Source of the DNA: an uncultured bacterium
GTDB lineage: Bacteria > Bacteroidota > Bacteroidia > Chitinophagales > CAIODY01
Assembly (NCBI GenBank): GCA_903857255.1
Contig: CAIODY010000086.1
Span: 7,312 to 71,311, forward strand
Length of the DNA stretch: 64,000 nucleotides
Reading direction: 5' to 3'
Part shown: one piece after another, positions 56,009 to 64,000 of the stretch
Layout: each line of letters begins with the position of its first letter
Position numbering within the stretch: the stretch's first letter is position 1
Notes under the pieces: model-generated
What the model was told of the DNA's origin: nothing
The model's database searches: none
The model's input: only the letters and a program-made list of their open reading frames with translations
Program-made: the position numbers and the translations under genes

Positions 56009-57163
56009 TTATAAAGTTCCTCTTCTTGCTTGCTCGGCTTCAATGCTTTCAAACAATGCTTGGAAGTTGCCTTTACCAAAGGATTTTGCGCCTTTGCGTT
56101 GAATGATTTCGTAAAATAAAGTTGGACGGTCTTCCACAGGTTTGGTGAAGATTTGCAACAAATAGCCTTCTTCATCACGGTCAACCATAATGCCCCATTT
56201 TTTCAATTCGTTTAAATCTTCTTCAATGATGCCCACTCTATCTCGAACAGTATCGTAGTAAGTGCCGGGAACATACAAGAATTCAACGCCACGTTTTCTC
56301 ATTTCAGAAATTGTGAAAACAATATCATCAGTTGCTACCGCAATGTGCTGACAGCCAGGGCCATTGTAGAAATCCAAATATTCTTGCACTTGTGAATTTT
56401 TCAATCCTTTTGCAGGCTCATTGATTGGGAATTTGATATAACCATTTCCGTTGGTCATCACCTTACTCATCAAAGCAGTATATTCAGTTGAAATGTCTTT
56501 ATCATCAAAGGTTACCAGATTATAAAAGCCCATTACTTCGCCATAAAATTTACTCCACATATTCATTTCACCCAAGCTTACATTACCTACCATGTGATCA
56601 ACGTATTTCAATCCTGTAGGTGTTGGTTGATATTCTGTTTGCCATTTTTCATAACCTGGCAAAAACACACCATTATAGTTTTTTCTTTCGATGAACAAAT
56701 GAACAGTATCACCATAAGTATGAATACCTGAAATGCGAACCACACCATTTTCATCTTTCACTTCATGTGGCTCAATGTATGATTTGGCGCCACGGCTGAC
56801 TGTTTGTTCGTAAGCGTCATAAGCATCATTCACCCACAAGGCAATTATTTTTACACCATCACCATGTTTTTTCAAATGTTCTGAAATGGCATCATTATTT
56901 AATGGTGTAGTTAATACCAATCTGATTTTTCCTTGTTGCAAAACATAACTTGTTCTATCTCTTACGCCTGTTTCCAAGCCAGCATAAGCCAACTCCTGAA
57001 AACCAAAAGCTGTTTTGTAATAATGTGCTGATTGCTTCGCATTGCCCACATAAAATTCAACATAATCAGTTCCTAAAATTGGCAGGAAATCTTGCGCTTC
57101 AGGAAATATTTTTTTTGTTTCAACGTAATCGAAATTTTTTACGGCTGTTAAATCAGGTATCAT
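56009..57163 (-). CDS. hppD: 4-hydroxyphenylpyruvate dioxygenase
   Basis: 384 aa. Contains VEFYVGNAKQSAHYY, QHIAVATDDI and the C-terminal FGKGNFQALFESIEAEQARRGTL. Confidence 0.92.
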   Translation of the reverse strand: MIPDLTAVKNFDYVETKKIFPEAQDFLPILGTDYVEFYVGNAKQSAHYYKTAFGFQELAYAGLETGVRDRTSYVLQQGKIRLVLTTPLNNDAISEHLKKHGDGVKIIALWVNDAYDAYEQTVSRGAKSYIEPHEVKDENGVVRISGIHTYGDTVHLFIERKNYNGVFLPGYEKWQTEYQPTPTGLKYVDHMVGNVSLGEMNMWSKFYGEVMGFYNLVTFDDKDISTEYTALMSKVMTNGNGYIKFPINEPAKGLKNSQVQEYLDFYNGPGCQHIAVATDDIVFTISEMRKRGVEFLYVPGTYYDTVRDRVGIIEEDLNELKKWGIMVDRDEEGYLLQIFTKPVEDRPTLFYEIIQRKGAKSFGKGNFQALFESIEAEQARRGTL

Positions 57164-57210
57164 TTTGTAAAAGTTATTTTGTTATTAAATTGATTATTGC
57201 AGTTTGAAAA

Positions 57211-58407
57211 TTACATCAGCAAACCTTCTTTCACACTAGGATGCTTTGCGCCATTGAGCCAGCTTTGGTAATATTCTTCAATCTCTAAATTCATGGCATC
57301 TGAAGTGATTTTTACAGGATTGAATGGGTCAATCATCACTGCTAATTCATTTGTTTCTTTTTTACCAATACTTCTTTCAATAGCACCAGGATGCGGACCA
57401 TGAGGCAAGCCACCAGGATGCAAAGTGATTTGTCCTTTTTGGATATTATTTCTGCTCATGAAATCGCCATCTACATAATACAATAATTCATCGCTGTCAA
57501 TATTGCTGTGATGATAAGGCGCAGGAATTGCTTGCGGATGATAATCATACAAACGAGGCACAAACGAGCAAATCACAAAGTTTTTGCCTTGGAATGTTTG
57601 GTGAATCGGTGGAGGCATGTGAATGCGACCTGTGATGGGTTCGAAGTTGAAAATTGAAAATGCATAAGGGTAGCAGCAGCCATCATAGCCTACTACATCG
57701 AATGGATGATTTTCATACACGTAAGGATAAATCAATCCACGTTTTTTTATTTTGATTAAAAAATCACCTTGCTCATCATGCGTAACTAAATTTTGTGGCA
57801 TTTTAAAATCACGTTCGCAGAACGGAGAATTTTCTAAATATTGTCCATAATTATTTCTGTAACGAGCTGGTGTTTCAATAGGTCCATGCGATTCAACAAT
57901 CAACAAACGATTATCATGGTCGTTGAATTTTAATTGATAAATCGTGCCTCTCGGAATGACGATGTAATCACCATATTCAAAATTGATAGTGCCATACATG
58001 GTGTGCAACATACCGCTGCCTTTGTGTACAAACAACATTTCATCCGCATCCGCATTTTTATAGAAGTAATTTTTCATGCTGTTTTTCGGTGCAGCAATTC
58101 CGATGGTCATGTCATCATTTACAAACATGGTTTTGCGACTATCCAGATAATCTTCCTCGGGTGCAGCATCAAATGTCAGATAGCTTCTTGCCTGCAAATT
58201 ATCTTCTACCATCACTTTCGGACGAACTGAATAAGGCTTGCCAATTTCTTTCACTCGGGTTGGCGGATACAAATGATACACCAATGACGAAAGCCCTGCA
58301 AAACCTTCTGTTCCAAACAATTCTTCGTGATATAAATTTCCATTTTCCTGACGGAAAACTACGTGACGCTTTTGTGGAATTAAACCTACCTGACGATATA
58401 CTGGCAT
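57211..58407 (-). CDS. hmgA: homogentisate 1,2-dioxygenase
   Basis: 398 aa. Contains MPVYRQVGLIPQKRH, HEELFGTEGF and the cupin region with HPGGLPHGPHPG. Confidence 0.9.
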   Translation of the reverse strand: MPVYRQVGLIPQKRHVVFRQENGNLYHEELFGTEGFAGLSSLVYHLYPPTRVKEIGKPYSVRPKVMVEDNLQARSYLTFDAAPEEDYLDSRKTMFVNDDMTIGIAAPKNSMKNYFYKNADADEMLFVHKGSGMLHTMYGTINFEYGDYIVIPRGTIYQLKFNDHDNRLLIVESHGPIETPARYRNNYGQYLENSPFCERDFKMPQNLVTHDEQGDFLIKIKKRGLIYPYVYENHPFDVVGYDGCCYPYAFSIFNFEPITGRIHMPPPIHQTFQGKNFVICSFVPRLYDYHPQAIPAPYHHSNIDSDELLYYVDGDFMSRNNIQKGQITLHPGGLPHGPHPGAIERSIGKKETNELAVMIDPFNPVKITSDAMNLEIEEYYQSWLNGAKHPSVKEGLLM

Positions 58408-58530
58408 GATGAAATAATTTTGGGCAAATATTTCACAAAGCCTTCTTTGAATTACATGACGATTGTCAAGTGGTGAGATGATTTAGGTCAAGGTTTTGCT
58501 TTTTATCGAATCAAAAAAACTTAAAAAACT

Positions 58531-58578
58531 TGCGCAACCAAAAAGTTGCACATATATTTGCAACCGATTAGTTGCATA
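58531..58578. promoter_or_regulatory. two tandem palindromic operator-like sites bracketing a -7 box upstream of the ArsR-family gene
   Basis: The palindromes are TGCGCAAC-N6-GTTGCACA (58531-58552) and TTTGCAAC-N6-GTTGCATA (58557-58578). TATATTTG (58553-60), a TAnnTTTG match, lies between and overlapping them. Confidence 0.55.
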
Positions 58579-58585
58579 TCGAAAT

Positions 58586-58924
58586 ATGAAAAGAGATATT
58601 TTTCAGGCAATCGCCGACCCGACACGAAGAGCCATCATCAGTTTAATCATGGTGCAAGCCATGACACCCAATGCTTTGGCAGAAAAATTTGATAGCAGCC
58701 GACAAGCTGTTTCGAAGCACATAAAAATTTTGCAGGAAAGTGGTTTGGTGAAAAGCGAACAAATTGGAAGAGAAATTTATTACCAAGTGGAAGCAAAAAA
58801 ATTAAAAGAAATAGATAAATGGCTCGAGCCTTTCCGCCAATTGTGGGAAGACCGATTCAATAATCTGGATAAGTATTTAGCTAAAATTCAAAAAGAACAA
58901 AACGATGCAAAACGAAAAAAATAA
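58586..58924 (+). CDS. ArsR/SmtB family transcriptional regulator
   Basis: 112 aa from the ATG at 58586. Contains FQAIADPTRRAIISL...LAEKFDSSRQAVSKHIKILQESGLV (winged HTH). Confidence 0.82.
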   Translation: MKRDIFQAIADPTRRAIISLIMVQAMTPNALAEKFDSSRQAVSKHIKILQESGLVKSEQIGREIYYQVEAKKLKEIDKWLEPFRQLWEDRFNNLDKYLAKIQKEQNDAKRKK

Positions 58925-59366
58925 TACAGCCGACCGTGAACTAAAAATCTCACGATTACTTGATGCACCAGTTGAAATAGTATGGGAAGTTTGGACAAAT
59001 CCTGAACATCTCAAAGAATGGTGGGGACCAAATGGTTTCACAAATACTATTCATCAAATGGAAATGGTGGAAGGCTCGGAGTGGCTGCTGACCATGCATT
59101 CAGCCGATGGCACAGATTATCCAAACAAAAGTATTTTCACTGAAATTGTGTTGCACAAAAAAATTGCTTTCAAACATCTCAATCCGAATTTCATTACAAC
59201 AATTGAATTTGAATCGAAAGACAATCAAACATTGATGCAATGGCACATGCTGTTTGACACTGTTTTAGAATTTGAAGCCGTTGTAAAAACTTTCAAAGCA
59301 GACGAAGGCTTGAAACAAAACATCGAAAAACTTTCTGTTTATTTATCAAAACAAAAATCAAAATGA
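58905..59366 (+). CDS. SRPBCC (AHSA1/START-like) domain protein
   Basis: 153 aa. Contains ISRLLDAPVEIVWEVWTNPEHLKEWWGPNGF. It overlaps the ArsR gene by 20 nt. Confidence 0.75.
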   Translation: MQNEKNNTADRELKISRLLDAPVEIVWEVWTNPEHLKEWWGPNGFTNTIHQMEMVEGSEWLLTMHSADGTDYPNKSIFTEIVLHKKIAFKHLNPNFITTIEFESKDNQTLMQWHMLFDTVLEFEAVVKTFKADEGLKQNIEKLSVYLSKQKSK

Positions 59367-59992
59367 GTAAAATAATTTTCGATTGCGGAATTTCATTAGA
59401 TGGATATTTCGCTGGTGATAACAGAAGTCCGCAAAACCCAATGGGTGGCGTTTCGCCAAAAATTCATGGTTGGATGTTTAAGCAAAAAGTATTTTGGAAA
59501 AACATTAATGTTGAAAATGATAGCGCTGAAGATGGCGAAGATGGAAAAATAATTGATGCCGTTTTTGCTCGAACAGGCGCATACATCATGGGCAAACGCA
59601 TGTTTGAAGAAGGCGAAGTACATTGGCAGGAAGATTTGTACAAAACAGATGTTTTTGTTTTGACGCATGAAAAAAGAGAACCGTGGATTCAGAAAGGAAC
59701 AACGACTTTTTATTTCGTGAATGATGGAATTGAAAGCGCATTGACGCAAGCAAAAAAATCAGCGAAAGGAAAAGACATCAGAATTCAAGGTGGTGCGAAC
59801 ATTATTCAACAATATCTGCAAGCAGGGCTGGTTGACGAGTTCACCATTCATATTGCGCCTGTGTTTTTAAGAAGTGGCATCAGATTGTTTGAAAGCATTT
59901 CAAACGAAATTTATGATGTGGAAATTGTCAACATCACACCTTCTGAACTCACTACACACCTGACTTACAAGCTTAGTAGAAAGCAATCGTAA
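59363..59992 (+). CDS. dihydrofolate reductase family protein (RibD C-terminal domain-like)
   Basis: 209 aa. Contains ISLDGYFAG, GKRMFE and IQGGANIIQQYLQAGLVDEFTIHIAPVFL. It overlaps the upstream gene by 4 nt (ATGA). Confidence 0.75.
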   Translation: MSKIIFDCGISLDGYFAGDNRSPQNPMGGVSPKIHGWMFKQKVFWKNINVENDSAEDGEDGKIIDAVFARTGAYIMGKRMFEEGEVHWQEDLYKTDVFVLTHEKREPWIQKGTTTFYFVNDGIESALTQAKKSAKGKDIRIQGGANIIQQYLQAGLVDEFTIHIAPVFLRSGIRLFESISNEIYDVEIVNITPSELTTHLTYKLSRKQS

Positions 59993-60026
59993 TTATTTTT
60001 TCAACGCATAAAATTTTAAAAAAATC

Positions 60027-60521
60027 ATGACAACAATTTTTCAAACCCACTACGATATAAATTTTGAACAACAAAAAGTTTTTGTTCAACGCACATTCAA
60101 TGCACCATTGGATTTGGTGTGGAGAGCATGGACTGAACAAGAAATTTTAGATGAATGGTGGGCACCAAAGCCTTGGAAAGCAAAAACAAAAACGATGGAT
60201 TTTAAAGCTGGCGGAAAAAGATTTTATGCCATGGTAAGCCCCGAAGGACAAGAGTTTTGGTCAATCGAAAAATATATTTCTGTCAATCCGAAAAGCAATT
60301 TCAAAATGTCAAATGCATTTGCTGACAAAGATGAAAATCCTGAATTGCCTGGTTCTGATTGGGATTTGAATTTCAGTGAAGAAAACAATTCAACAAAAGT
60401 GAGCATTGAAATTTACAATCAATCATTAGAGCGAATGAAGCGAATGATTGAAATGGGCTTTGAAGGCGGCTTTGCGATGGGGCATAATCAGTTAGATGAA
60501 GTTTTAAAAACGTTGAAATAA
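60027..60521 (+). CDS. SRPBCC (AHSA1/START-like) domain protein
   Basis: 164 aa. Contains [31 protein letters not shown]. Confidence 0.75.
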   Translation: MTTIFQTHYDINFEQQKVFVQRTFNAPLDLVWRAWTEQEILDEWWAPKPWKAKTKTMDFKAGGKRFYAMVSPEGQEFWSIEKYISVNPKSNFKMSNAFADKDENPELPGSDWDLNFSEENNSTKVSIEIYNQSLERMKRMIEMGFEGGFAMGHNQLDEVLKTLK

Positions 60522-60525
60522 AATT

Positions 60526-60996
60526 ATGGCAGTAAATAAAACGCAAGTAATTGCCGAACCTGAAAAGTAGGAAATACTTATCACTCGTGGCTTTGATGCG
60601 CCTGCCGAATTTGTGTATCGTGCATTTTCAGAAGCCGAAATTTTTGAACAATGGATGACAACGAAAGTGTTGCAATTTGATTTTAAAAAATTGGGGGCTT
60701 ATCAATTTCAAACTAATGATGCTGCTGGAAATGTAGCATTCAAGGCATCTGGCGCATTTCACGATGTTGTTTTGAACGAAAAAATTGTTCGCACTTTTGA
60801 AATGGAAAATTCACCTTTTTCAACTCAATTAGAATTTTTAGAGTTTGAAAATGTAGAAAATGGAAAGTGTAAATTAACGATGCACTCCATTTTTAAATCG
60901 GTAGAACTTCGTGATAAATTATTGCAACAGCCATTTGCATTTGGGTTAAATATGGCGCACGACCGACTACAAATCATCATCAACAAACTAACATAA
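60526..60996 (+). pseudogene. third SRPBCC paralogue, interrupted by an in-frame TAG at 60568-60570
   Basis: The ATG at 60526 gives MAVNKTQVIAEPEK-TAG-EILITRGFDAPAEFVYRAFSEAEIFEQWM in a single frame. The ORF track only reports the part from 60613. Confidence 0.65.
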
Positions 60997-60999
60997 ATC

Positions 61000-61383
61000 A
61001 TGGAAAAAAGGAACAAAATTATTTATTGGATTGCTACAGCTTTATGTGCTGTAGGCATTCTCAGCAGTGGATTACAGCAAATTTTGAAAACAAAAGAAAT
61101 GGTAGAAATGATAACGCATTTGGGCTATCCAATTTATTTTATGCAGCTAATTGGGGTATGGAAAATTTTAGGAGTGATTGTTATTCTGATTCCAAACTTT
61201 AAACTGATGAAAGAATGGGCTTATGCCGGATTATTTTTTGTGATGACGGGTGCTTTACTATCGCATTTGCTTTGCGGAAATTTTGGTGTGAAAGAAATTT
61301 TAGGACCATTGTTCCAAACCATTTTTATCATTACATCTTGGTATTTTAGACCTGCCGATAGAAAAATAAATTTAGCCAATTAA
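61000..61383 (+). CDS. DoxX-like family membrane protein
   Basis: 127 aa with 4 TM helices. Contains GYPIYFMQLIGVWKILGVIVILIP...EWAYAGLFF. Confidence 0.6.
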   Translation: MEKRNKIIYWIATALCAVGILSSGLQQILKTKEMVEMITHLGYPIYFMQLIGVWKILGVIVILIPNFKLMKEWAYAGLFFVMTGALLSHLLCGNFGVKEILGPLFQTIFIITSWYFRPADRKINLAN

Positions 61384-61395
61384 TCAATTTGTAAA

Positions 61396-61953
61396 ATGAA
61401 AAAAGAATTGTCGGCAAAACTTTGTGAAAAATTATTCAACACTTTAAAACAACGCTTTGAGAAAAATAAAAATCGGCATCAAGGAATAGAATGGACTTCC
61501 GTGCAAACAAAGCTGCAAGCCCATCCCGAAAAAATTTGGTCGCTAAATGAAATGGAAAAAACAGGTGGCGAACCCGATGTGGTCGGGCATGATAAAAAAA
61601 CAGGCGAATTCATTTTTATGGATTGTTCGGATGAAAGCCCTGCTGGCAGAAGAAGTGTGTGCTACGACCATGAAGCATTAAATTCAAGAAAAGAACACAA
61701 ACCCAAAGATAGTGCTATGAACATGGCTACTGAAATGGGAATTGAATTGTTGACTGAACAAGAATATCGTGAATTGCAACAACTCGGAAAGTTCGATTTT
61801 AAAACATCAAGTTGGGTGAAAACACCTACCGCTATTAGAAAATTGGGCGGTGCAATATTTTGCGATTGCCGCTTCGATACTGTTTTTGTGTATCATAATG
61901 GTGCCGAATCTTATTATGCAGCAAGAGGATTTAGGGGCAAAATAAAAATTTAA
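61396..61953 (+). CDS. DUF4256 domain protein
   Basis: 185 aa. Contains MEKTGGEPDVVG and FDFKTSSWVKTP, as I remember for DUF4256. Not verified by a search. Confidence 0.5.
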   Translation: MKKELSAKLCEKLFNTLKQRFEKNKNRHQGIEWTSVQTKLQAHPEKIWSLNEMEKTGGEPDVVGHDKKTGEFIFMDCSDESPAGRRSVCYDHEALNSRKEHKPKDSAMNMATEMGIELLTEQEYRELQQLGKFDFKTSSWVKTPTAIRKLGGAIFCDCRFDTVFVYHNGAESYYAARGFRGKIKI

Positions 61954-61979
61954 TTTTGCAAAAAATAATTCGCAGAAAC

Positions 61980-62558
61980 ATGAATCCGAAAGTTAATTTC
62001 TTTTTTAAAAAAGCCAGCAAATGGCAATCAGAATATGAACAGTTGAGAACTATTGTGCTCGATTGTAAACTCACCGAAGAATTGAAATGGGGTTGCCCGT
62101 GCTATATATTTGATGGTAGCAACATCGTGTTGATTCATGGTTTCAAAGATTATTGTGCATTGCTTTTTATGAAAGGTGTTTTGCTAAAAGATGCGAAAGG
62201 AATTTTGATTCAGCAAACTGAAAATGTGCAAGCTGCTCGGCAAATTCGATTTACCAATTTGAATGAAATTGTAAAATTGGAAACCACTTTGAAAAAGTAT
62301 ATTCAGGAAGCGATTGCCATAGAAAAAGCTGGTTTGAAAGTGGCATTGAAAAAGCCAACTGAATTTAAAATGGCAGAAGAATTTCGACACGTTTTAAATG
62401 AAATGTTGGATGTAAAAAAAGCTTTTGAAGCACTCACACCAGGTCGGCAACGTGCTTATTTGCTGCATTTTTCAGCACCCAAGCAATCGAAAACTCGTGA
62501 AGCACGAGTGGAAAAAAGTATCCCGAAAATTTTACAAGGAAAAGGATTGGATGATTGA
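61980..62558 (+). CDS. YdeI/OmpD-associated family protein (DUF1801-like N-terminus)
   Basis: About 192 aa from the ATG at 61980. Contains FFFKKASKWQSEYEQLRTIVLDCKLTEELKWGCPCY and LTPGRQRAYLLHFSAPKQSKTREARV. Confidence 0.62.
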   Translation: MNPKVNFFFKKASKWQSEYEQLRTIVLDCKLTEELKWGCPCYIFDGSNIVLIHGFKDYCALLFMKGVLLKDAKGILIQQTENVQAARQIRFTNLNEIVKLETTLKKYIQEAIAIEKAGLKVALKKPTEFKMAEEFRHVLNEMLDVKKAFEALTPGRQRAYLLHFSAPKQSKTREARVEKSIPKILQGKGLDD

Positions 62559-62698
62559 ATTTTTGGCGTTGTTTCTTTATTCGCCTTCCTTGGTAGTCCT
62601 AATTACTCTCAATAACAAACATGACTTTCGTCATGCCGATAGCTTGCGTTCAAAAATAATTTTGCATAAAAATTATCATTACGCCCAAAGCTACTTCC

Positions 62699-64000
62699 AT
62701 ATCAACTAATTGTTTTCACTGCGGTGAAACCTGCGATACTACGATTCATCTTGAAGAAAAAAACTTTTGCTGCGAAGGTTGCAAACAAGTTTTTTTATTG
62801 TTGAATGATAACAATCTATGCGCCTATTATGATTTCGATAAAAACCCAGGACTCACTGCCAAAGGGAAGTTTGCTGGCAATCGCTTTGCCTATTTAGATG
62901 ATGAAACCACTGTAAAAAAAATCGTTTCGTTTTCAAGTGAAACATTGATGACGGTAACCTTTTATCTGCCACAAATGCATTGTGCTTCGTGTGTTTATTT
63001 GTTAGAAAATTTGCATCGTATTAATGCTGGGGTAATAAAATCGCAAACCAATTTTCAACGAAAAGAAATTTTTATTTCGTTCAATCCGCAAATCATCAGT
63101 TTGCGAAAAGTGGTAGAACTCTTATCCTTTATAGGTTACGAGCCGTTGATTAATTTACAAAGCACTACTACTGAAAAGAAAAAAGCAGCTGTCAACAAAC
63201 CTGCGATTTACAAAATTGGTGTTGCAGGTTTTGCATTTGCCAATATTATGATGCTAAGTTTTCCTGAATATTTTTCGGGTGGACACATTGAACAGCAAGG
63301 TTTGAAACAAACATTTTCTTACTTGATTTTTGCTTTGTCGCTGCCAGTTTTATTTTGGTCAGCAAGCGAATTTTTTATTTCTGCTTTCAAAGGTTTTCGA
63401 CAAGGCATCATCAATATTGATGCGCCAATTGCTTTAGCCTCACTGATTGCATTTTCAAGAAGTTATTATGAAATCCTTACTGGTAGCGGTGTTGGCTTTT
63501 TAGATTCCGCCACAGGCATTGTATTTTTTATGTTGGTAGGTCGCTGGTTTCAAAACAAAACTTACGATTCATTTTCGTTTGACAGAGATTATAAATCTTA
63601 TTTCCCTTTGGGTGTAACCAAAATTCTGAATGGTATCGAAAAACAAATTACTGTTACTCAATTGCAAAAAGGCGATACCATTTTAATTCGCAATGGCGAA
63701 TTAATTCCTGCTGATTCGGTTTTGAAAAAAGGAGCTGCTAACATTGATTATAGTTTTATCAGCGGCGAAAATTTGCCTGTTTCAAAATTGAATGGCGAAT
63801 TGATTTATGCTGGTGGAAAGCAAGCTGGAACTGCGATTGAGTTGGAAGTGGTAAATGATGTTTCGCAAAGTTACATCACACAATTGTGGAACAATTCTGT
63901 ATTCAGAAGTGCAAAAAACACCAAAGAATCTTTCATCCATCCGTGGAGTAGATATTTTACCATCGTGCTTTTTAGCATCGCAATTGGAGGCGCAATTTTT
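62699..64000 (+). CDS. ccoI: heavy-metal (copper) translocating P-type ATPase, CcoI/FixI-like; 5' end unresolved, 3' end outside the window; absent from the ORF track
   Basis: My own translation gives ..STNCFHCGETCDTTIHLEEKNFCCEGCKQVFLLL.., then the HMA-like LPQMHCASCVYLLE, TM helices and the actuator domain (GDTILIRNGELIPADS). The frame is open from 62669 but has no ATG, GTG or TTG before the Cys motifs. Confidence 0.75.
   Translation, partial: MSTNCFHCGETCDTTIHLEEKNFCCEGCKQVFLLLNDNNLCAYYDFDKNPGLTAKGKFAGNRFAYLDDETTVKKIVSFSSETLMTVTFYLPQMHCASCVYLLENLHRINAGVIKSQTNFQRKEIFISFNPQIISLRKVVELLSFIGYEPLINLQSTTTEKKKAAVNKPAIYKIGVAGFAFANIMMLSFPEYFSGGHIEQQGLKQTFSYLIFALSLPVLFWSASEFFISAFKGFRQGIINIDAPIALASLIAFSRSYYEILTGSGVGFLDSATGIVFFMLVGRWFQNKTYDSFSFDRDYKSYFPLGVTKILNGIEKQITVTQLQKGDTILIRNGELIPADSVLKKGAANIDYSFISGENLPVSKLNGELIYAGGKQAGTAIELEVVNDVSQSYITQLWNNSVFRSAKNTKESFIHPWSRYFTIVLFSIAIGGAIF

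Noticed and set aside
51297-60570. Reassignment or suppression of TAG as an explanation for the two in-frame TAG codons
   Set aside because: TAG terminates many conserved genes here at their expected ends, including aroE 2311-2313, panD 17649-17651, the T9SS cargo 26986-26988, tcdA 47694-47696, the aminotransferase 50026-50028 and cdsA. No suppressor tRNA is visible in the window.
62425-62709. 94-aa ORF spanning the ydeI 3' end and the spacer before the P-type ATPase
   Set aside because: It overlaps the YdeI-like gene out of frame, its translation is composition-driven, and it ends just where the ATPase Cys motifs begin in another frame. It does not supply an in-frame start for the ATPase.
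1-64000. rRNA, tRNA, tmRNA, CRISPR arrays, transposases or integrases
   Set aside because: None recognised. All spacers longer than 100 nt were read by eye on both strands (8879-9195, 23609-23736, 26989-27096, 40310-40447, 46674-46961, 48497-47, 50029-50139, 54662-54858, 55810-56008 and 58408-58585). None has tRNA-like GC-rich stems, arrays of direct repeats of 24 nt or longer, or recombinase ORFs.

Overview
Visibly AT-rich, very tightly packed chromosomal window from a member of the Bacteroidota. Supporting evidence is the T9SS translocon gene sprA, the T9SS regulator porX, a cargo protein with a T9SS C-terminal sorting domain, and TAnnTTTG -7 promoter boxes a few nt upstream of start codons. 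I support about 55 protein-coding genes and recognise no rRNA, tRNA or CRISPR array. Most content is housekeeping: aroE, carB, cdsA, pyrD, panD, mce, ruvA, tcdA, atpG, a CoA-transferase A/B pair, the homogentisate pathway genes hmgA and hppD, paaA and a paaN-like gene. There are also envelope and secretion genes and an ArsR-headed array of SRPBCC, DoxX, DUF4256 and YdeI small stress-type genes. The most unusual feature is that carB is cut in two exactly at its inter-domain linker by a ~0.5-kb cassette. The cassette carries a GxxExxY (PD-(D/E)XK-like) gene and is bounded by hairpins built from tandem CACAAAG heptamers. A gene-less element with the same kind of ends, based on CACATAG units, fills the paaA-hppD spacer. 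Several otherwise conserved genes carry single lesions: a frameshift in sprA, in-frame TAG codons in a lipoprotein gene and in an SRPBCC gene, and a P-type ATPase with no canonical start codon. These point to either early gene decay or consensus errors. I did not recognise a classical defence island or an obvious complete new multi-gene system, so the hairpin-bounded cassette family is my best candidate for under-described biology. All calls come from reading the sequence and from remembered family signatures, and no database search was run.
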